From a bacterium (GTDB lineage: Bacteria > Zhuqueibacterota > Zhuqueibacteria > Residuimicrobiales > Krinioviventaceae), in NCBI GenBank assembly GCA_029561455.1, contig JAKQIY010000047.1, forward strand, positions 332 through 64,331: 64,000 bases of DNA, given 5' to 3'. Shown here in pieces: positions 60,133-64,000 of this stretch. The notes beneath the pieces are model-generated. The model searched no databases. It was not told where the DNA came from and saw only the letters and a program-made list of their open reading frames with translations. The position numbers were made by a program, and so were the translations under genes. Within the stretch, counting starts at the first letter, position 1. Each line of letters opens with the position of its first letter.

Positions 60133-63100
60133 TTAATCTTTTACGCAGCGGACGGAAAAGCCATATTGTTTTTTATCATCCATACGTCGAATTGTTTGAA
60201 CATCATACTTTAAGGAACGATAGTAACTTGTCAGAGTGTCCGACTCGGAACTTGTACAAGTCCAAAATAGTGCGCTTGTTCCAATCTCGGAAAAAGCTCC
60301 GGTACGCGCACTGCAATAGCCGAAAGATAAAGCAGTAAATCCCGATTCGTTTGTTGCGCCTGTATTTGGATTATTCCAATGCGTTAACCCGGTTTCTTTT
60401 AACATACCGCCTTCATTCCTACCGCGAAAACCTGAATTATCGACTTCTTCCTGCGTCATTCCCAGGTGTTTTTCCAGTATTTTCCAATCTTCATCGGTTG
60501 GTACATGCCAGCCTTCCGGGGCAATATTCCGCTCGTCGACAGTGGCAAACCAGTTATATAAACTGCCATAAGTAGCCATTAAACTGTTATCATTGTTTAA
60601 GCTACACCATGCGCCGGCTTGCGTTTCCATCCATGCCGTGCTGTCCGTAATATTGGGTATTGCTTCGCCATTGCGATAATGTGTTACTTGTAAATTTTCC
60701 TGCATCCACCACTGCTTACCGATGCGGACTGTTTTATATACATTGCCGTCAATATCTGTAACTGAACCGGTTACCGGAACCGACGATACTGTTGTAAGAC
60801 TCCAGGGTTCCGACCAGGGACTGGTTCCTTCAGTGTTCTTTGCATTAACCCGCCAGTAAAAAGTTGTCGCCGGGGTAAGGGTAAACACTTTAAAGGTGGT
60901 AGAGTCAATATTACTTTGGTTAACTATGAGTCCTGAGAAATCAGGGTTTAGAGCAACTTGCAGGCTATAAGAGAGCGCCCCATTTACTTCATGCCAACGC
61001 AGGATTGGACTTTTTGGCACATCAATTTCATTATTTTCTACTGAAATATGCACCGGCGCATTTGGAGGGGTAGAGTATTTCATTAAACGAATTGAACAAC
61101 CGCAACTGGATTGATTATTGCGATTGTTAATTTCTGACCATTCACTGATTCTTCTATGGATTGCCCGGTAGCCGCCGTCTGATGTGCTTGTCCAAAAAGT
61201 TGAAGCTTCACCTAATCCGTCAAAAGAACCATTTGAACTCCTTTGACCACCAGGCAGGGCAGTAAAACCGCTTTCATTAGTTGCATTATCGTTTGGCGCC
61301 TTCCAGTGTAAAGTACCTGTTTCTCTTAGCTTGCCGCTAACATTAAACCAAATTATCCAGGTGCTGTCTTCTTCATCAGGTCTCATGCCGAGTAATGTTT
61401 CCATTTCTTTCCATTCATTATCGGTCGGAACTTTCCAGCCTTCAGGAGCAATTCCCCGTTCATCACCCACAACATACCAATTATAAAGATGACCATAAAT
61501 GGCATTATTTACTTCTTTATTTAAATAATTGCACCAGGCGCCGCTTTGGGTATTATTGGTATCGTGCCATTCGTCATCACCGGTTAAATAAGAAATTTCA
61601 TCGCCGTTATTGTAATGAGATACTTTCAGGTTTTCTGTCATCCACCACTGATTACCGATCAACACCGTATTATAAATATTGCCGTCATAATCGGTTACCG
61701 TGCCTTTTTCATATATTGCCGTTGTAAAATTAATGTATTCGGACCAGTTACTGGTACCGTTGGGACATGAAGCATTGACACGCCAGTAATAGGTTGTTCC
61801 CTCAGATAATCCGGTTACCAGGAAGGAATTGGAAGATATATGATCTTCATTTATGAAAAGATTTGTAAAAACCGGGTTGGTGGAAACCTGCAAACCATAC
61901 CATTCCTCACCGCCCCTTGGGTGCCAGCTTAAAGTTACACTGGTGTACAACCCGGTTGTATTAGCTTCAGGAGCAAGGTTCGATGGTGTATTGGGACTGC
62001 CACCATATAGAACACAGCGTACCGAAAATCCCTTGTTGAGTTTTTCTTTTTCACGGTAAATTGCGGTTTCAGTAGAATTAAGATTCCTGTAAAAAGCATG
62101 ATCTTCATTATAAATAGCATTAGCCCAAAAAAATGCATTGGTGTTCATATCGCTATACGAACCATCTTCATTGCGGTAGCCACCGGGCAAAGCGTTGAAT
62201 CCATATTCATTGGTTGCCCCTGTATTGGGATTCGTCCAATGGGTTGTGCCGCTTTCTTTCAATTTTCCCCCCTGGTCGGTACCTCGCCAATAAGATATTC
62301 CAAGCTGTAATTCATCAATACCCAAAGTCCTTTCCAATTCCTGCCAATCCTGGTCTGTGGGCACACGCCAGCCCTCCGGGGCCAAATCGGAAGTATCATT
62401 CACAGCATACCAGTTATACAAAAGACCATAGGTTGTTATGTTATCGTCATCTTTATTATAACTGCACCGTGCTCCGGAAGTGGCTTTTTTCCACTGCAAG
62501 TCGTTCAGCATACTTTTAATAAATATGCCGTTACGGTAATGAGTTGTTTTCAGATTTTCCGCCATCCACCATTGATTACCGATTTTTACGGTACGGTATA
62601 CGTTACCGTCAAAGTCCGTTACTGTACGAATGACATTTACATTTATAACCTTGTTTTCATTGATGAGTACATCCTGCTGTTCCCAGGTTTCAATATCCGT
62701 TCCGGAGACCCGCAGCAGAAATGTGAACGATTGTGGTTTCAGCAGGCCGGGTTGACCTGCGTAAACCGGCGCGGCTGCATTGGAGGTACTTACTTCGCCA
62801 AGATGACCATCCAGCAGCAGCATCTTGCGGTTGATTCTTTGTCCCTCGCTGAACAGAGAGTAAAAATACACTCCGGCGGAAACGCCCCGGCCCTGGTCGT
62901 TTGTGCCGTCCCAAATGATCTTTCCATAAAGATTGGTTTGCTGGGCATCCAGTAAGGTTTTGATCTTTTGTCCCAATACATTATATATTTCAATGCGCAC
63001 CTGGGCAGGGTGAGGTATTTCATAGCTAATCACTGTAGAGGGATTGAATGGATTGGGATAGTTTTGTAACAGGTTAAAAGAACGGGGTTTTTGACCGGTA

Positions 63101-63330
63101 TCGCCAATACCGGTAGTACTAATGTCGATGGCATACTCTCCTTCGCTATTGGTCAGGCTGCTAAAGATTCGGCCGGCATTGGCCTGGTCGATCACTTCAA
63201 CCAGGGCATTACCCACAGGTTCATCGCCATTGTTTTTTACCACACCCTGTAACTGAATTTGTGCAAAAAGGCTTTGACCCGCAAGTAACAGGCCAAGCAC
63301 ACAAGCCAGAAAAATTTTACGGAAAAGCAT
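60133..63330 (-). CDS. Secreted protein with internal FlgD-Ig-like domain, three FISUMP domains and two fibronectin III domains (paralog of the adjacent gene)
   Basis: Three TD.DGN.Y...QWWM.ENL repeats, ending GFSVRCVKD; ATG at 63330 after GGAGGA. Confidence 0.88.
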   Translation of the reverse strand: MLFRKIFLACVLGLLLAGQSLFAQIQLQGVVKNNGDEPVGNALVEVIDQANAGRIFSSLTNSEGEYAIDISTTGIGDTGQKPRSFNLLQNYPNPFNPSTVISYEIPHPAQVRIEIYNVLGQKIKTLLDAQQTNLYGKIIWDGTNDQGRGVSAGVYFYSLFSEGQRINRKMLLLDGHLGEVSTSNAAAPVYAGQPGLLKPQSFTFLLRVSGTDIETWEQQDVLINENKVINVNVIRTVTDFDGNVYRTVKIGNQWWMAENLKTTHYRNGIFIKSMLNDLQWKKATSGARCSYNKDDDNITTYGLLYNWYAVNDTSDLAPEGWRVPTDQDWQELERTLGIDELQLGISYWRGTDQGGKLKESGTTHWTNPNTGATNEYGFNALPGGYRNEDGSYSDMNTNAFFWANAIYNEDHAFYRNLNSTETAIYREKEKLNKGFSVRCVLYGGSPNTPSNLAPEANTTGLYTSVTLSWHPRGGEEWYGLQVSTNPVFTNLFINEDHISSNSFLVTGLSEGTTYYWRVNASCPNGTSNWSEYINFTTAIYEKGTVTDYDGNIYNTVLIGNQWWMTENLKVSHYNNGDEISYLTGDDEWHDTNNTQSGAWCNYLNKEVNNAIYGHLYNWYVVGDERGIAPEGWKVPTDNEWKEMETLLGMRPDEEDSTWIIWFNVSGKLRETGTLHWKAPNDNATNESGFTALPGGQRSSNGSFDGLGEASTFWTSTSDGGYRAIHRRISEWSEINNRNNQSSCGCSIRLMKYSTPPNAPVHISVENNEIDVPKSPILRWHEVNGALSYSLQVALNPDFSGLIVNQSNIDSTTFKVFTLTPATTFYWRVNAKNTEGTSPWSEPWSLTTVSSVPVTGSVTDIDGNVYKTVRIGKQWWMQENLQVTHYRNGEAIPNITDSTAWMETQAGAWCSLNNDNSLMATYGSLYNWFATVDERNIAPEGWHVPTDEDWKILEKHLGMTQEEVDNSGFRGRNEGGMLKETGLTHWNNPNTGATNESGFTALSFGYCSARTGAFSEIGTSALFWTCTSSESDTLTSYYRSLKYDVQTIRRMDDKKQYGFSVRCVKD

Positions 63331-63572
63331 AAATCCTCCCACTTGATGTTATTAGTAATTATTAATTACTATCCACCAAAAACTTTTCGCCCTGGATAAA
63401 TCCTGTCGCCAAGATATGAAGGAAATATATAAATTTTGCGGAATAATGCAAGAGAAATTTTATCTGTTTTTAGTTTTCTTTTACTTGATTGGCAAGTTTG
63501 GAATTATTAATTTTGATAATTGAAAATTTATGAACGAATAATAGTTTAATATTTATATTGAAAGGAATCGCT

Positions 63573-64000
63573 ATGCGCATTCTCTCGGGAATACAACCCT
63601 CCGGCGCTTTACACCTCGGCAACTATTTTGCTATGATGAAAAGAATGATCGATTACCAGGAAAACCATGAACTGTTCTGCTTTGTGGTTAATTATCATGC
63701 TCTCACCTCGGTATATGACAGCAATTTTTTACGCCGGCAAACCTTTGAGGCGATATGTGATTTTTTAGCGCTGGGCATCGATCCCGAAAAAGCACACTTT
63801 TACGTCCAGTCCGATATTCCCGAAGTGACGGAACTGACCTGGTTATTGAACAATGTAACGCCGCAGGGACTTCTCGAACGCGGTCATTCCTACAAGGATA
63901 AAAAAGCCAAGGGTATTCCCGCCAACCATGGTCTGTTTGCTTACCCGGTGCTTATGGCTGCCGATATTCTGTTGTACGGCGCCAACCTGGTGCCGGTCGG
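63573..64000 (+). CDS. trpS: Tryptophanyl-tRNA synthetase (3'-truncated by window edge)
   Basis: MRILSGIQPSGALHLGNY (HIGH motif), YHALT, LGIDP, YVQS and GLFAYPVLMAADILLY; absent from the ORF track because there is no stop in the window. Confidence 0.95.
   Translation, partial: MRILSGIQPSGALHLGNYFAMMKRMIDYQENHELFCFVVNYHALTSVYDSNFLRRQTFEAICDFLALGIDPEKAHFYVQSDIPEVTELTWLLNNVTPQGLLERGHSYKDKKAKGIPANHGLFAYPVLMAADILLYGANLVPV

Noticed and set aside
57772..63330. Complete diversity-generating retroelement
   Set aside because: No reverse transcriptase, accessory gene or adenine-variant template repeat was found in the window; kept only as a hypothesis.

Overview
Bacterial chromosomal window, probably from an FCB-group-related lineage such as KSB1 or Calditrichota. 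This is inferred from PorV/PorQ-like barrels, NYPNPFN-type C-terminal sorting domains and the exbB-exbD-exbD-tonB layout; no marker gene was checked. Most of it is housekeeping: two divergent Trk K+ uptake clusters (one with its own two-component system), ltaE, an EndoQ-UvrD fusion, xth, a pdxJ-like gene, a T9SS-like envelope operon, GH57, ctpA, a Ton complex, dsbD, an amidase, plsY, rnz, an NtrC-type two-component pair, GH2/GntP and a partial trpS. The most unusual items are: (1) a secreted protein whose mature N-terminus is a eukaryote-like ubiquitin domain (about 52% identity by hand alignment) fused to a sorting domain; (2) a 3 x 530 bp tandem array of nested palindromic (REP-like) elements, each carrying a 110 bp indel-free hypervariable module that recurs twice about 23 kb away; (3) PdxJ and GHMP-kinase homologues lacking key catalytic residues; (4) two multi-FISUMP surface proteins, each followed by the same GC-rich hairpin; (5) an orphan antitoxin beside a decayed RelE/ParE toxin; (6) a candidate structured RNA between a promoter and a terminator. 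No rRNA, tRNA, CRISPR array, transposase or reverse transcriptase was seen. All family calls come from motif recognition, not database searches.
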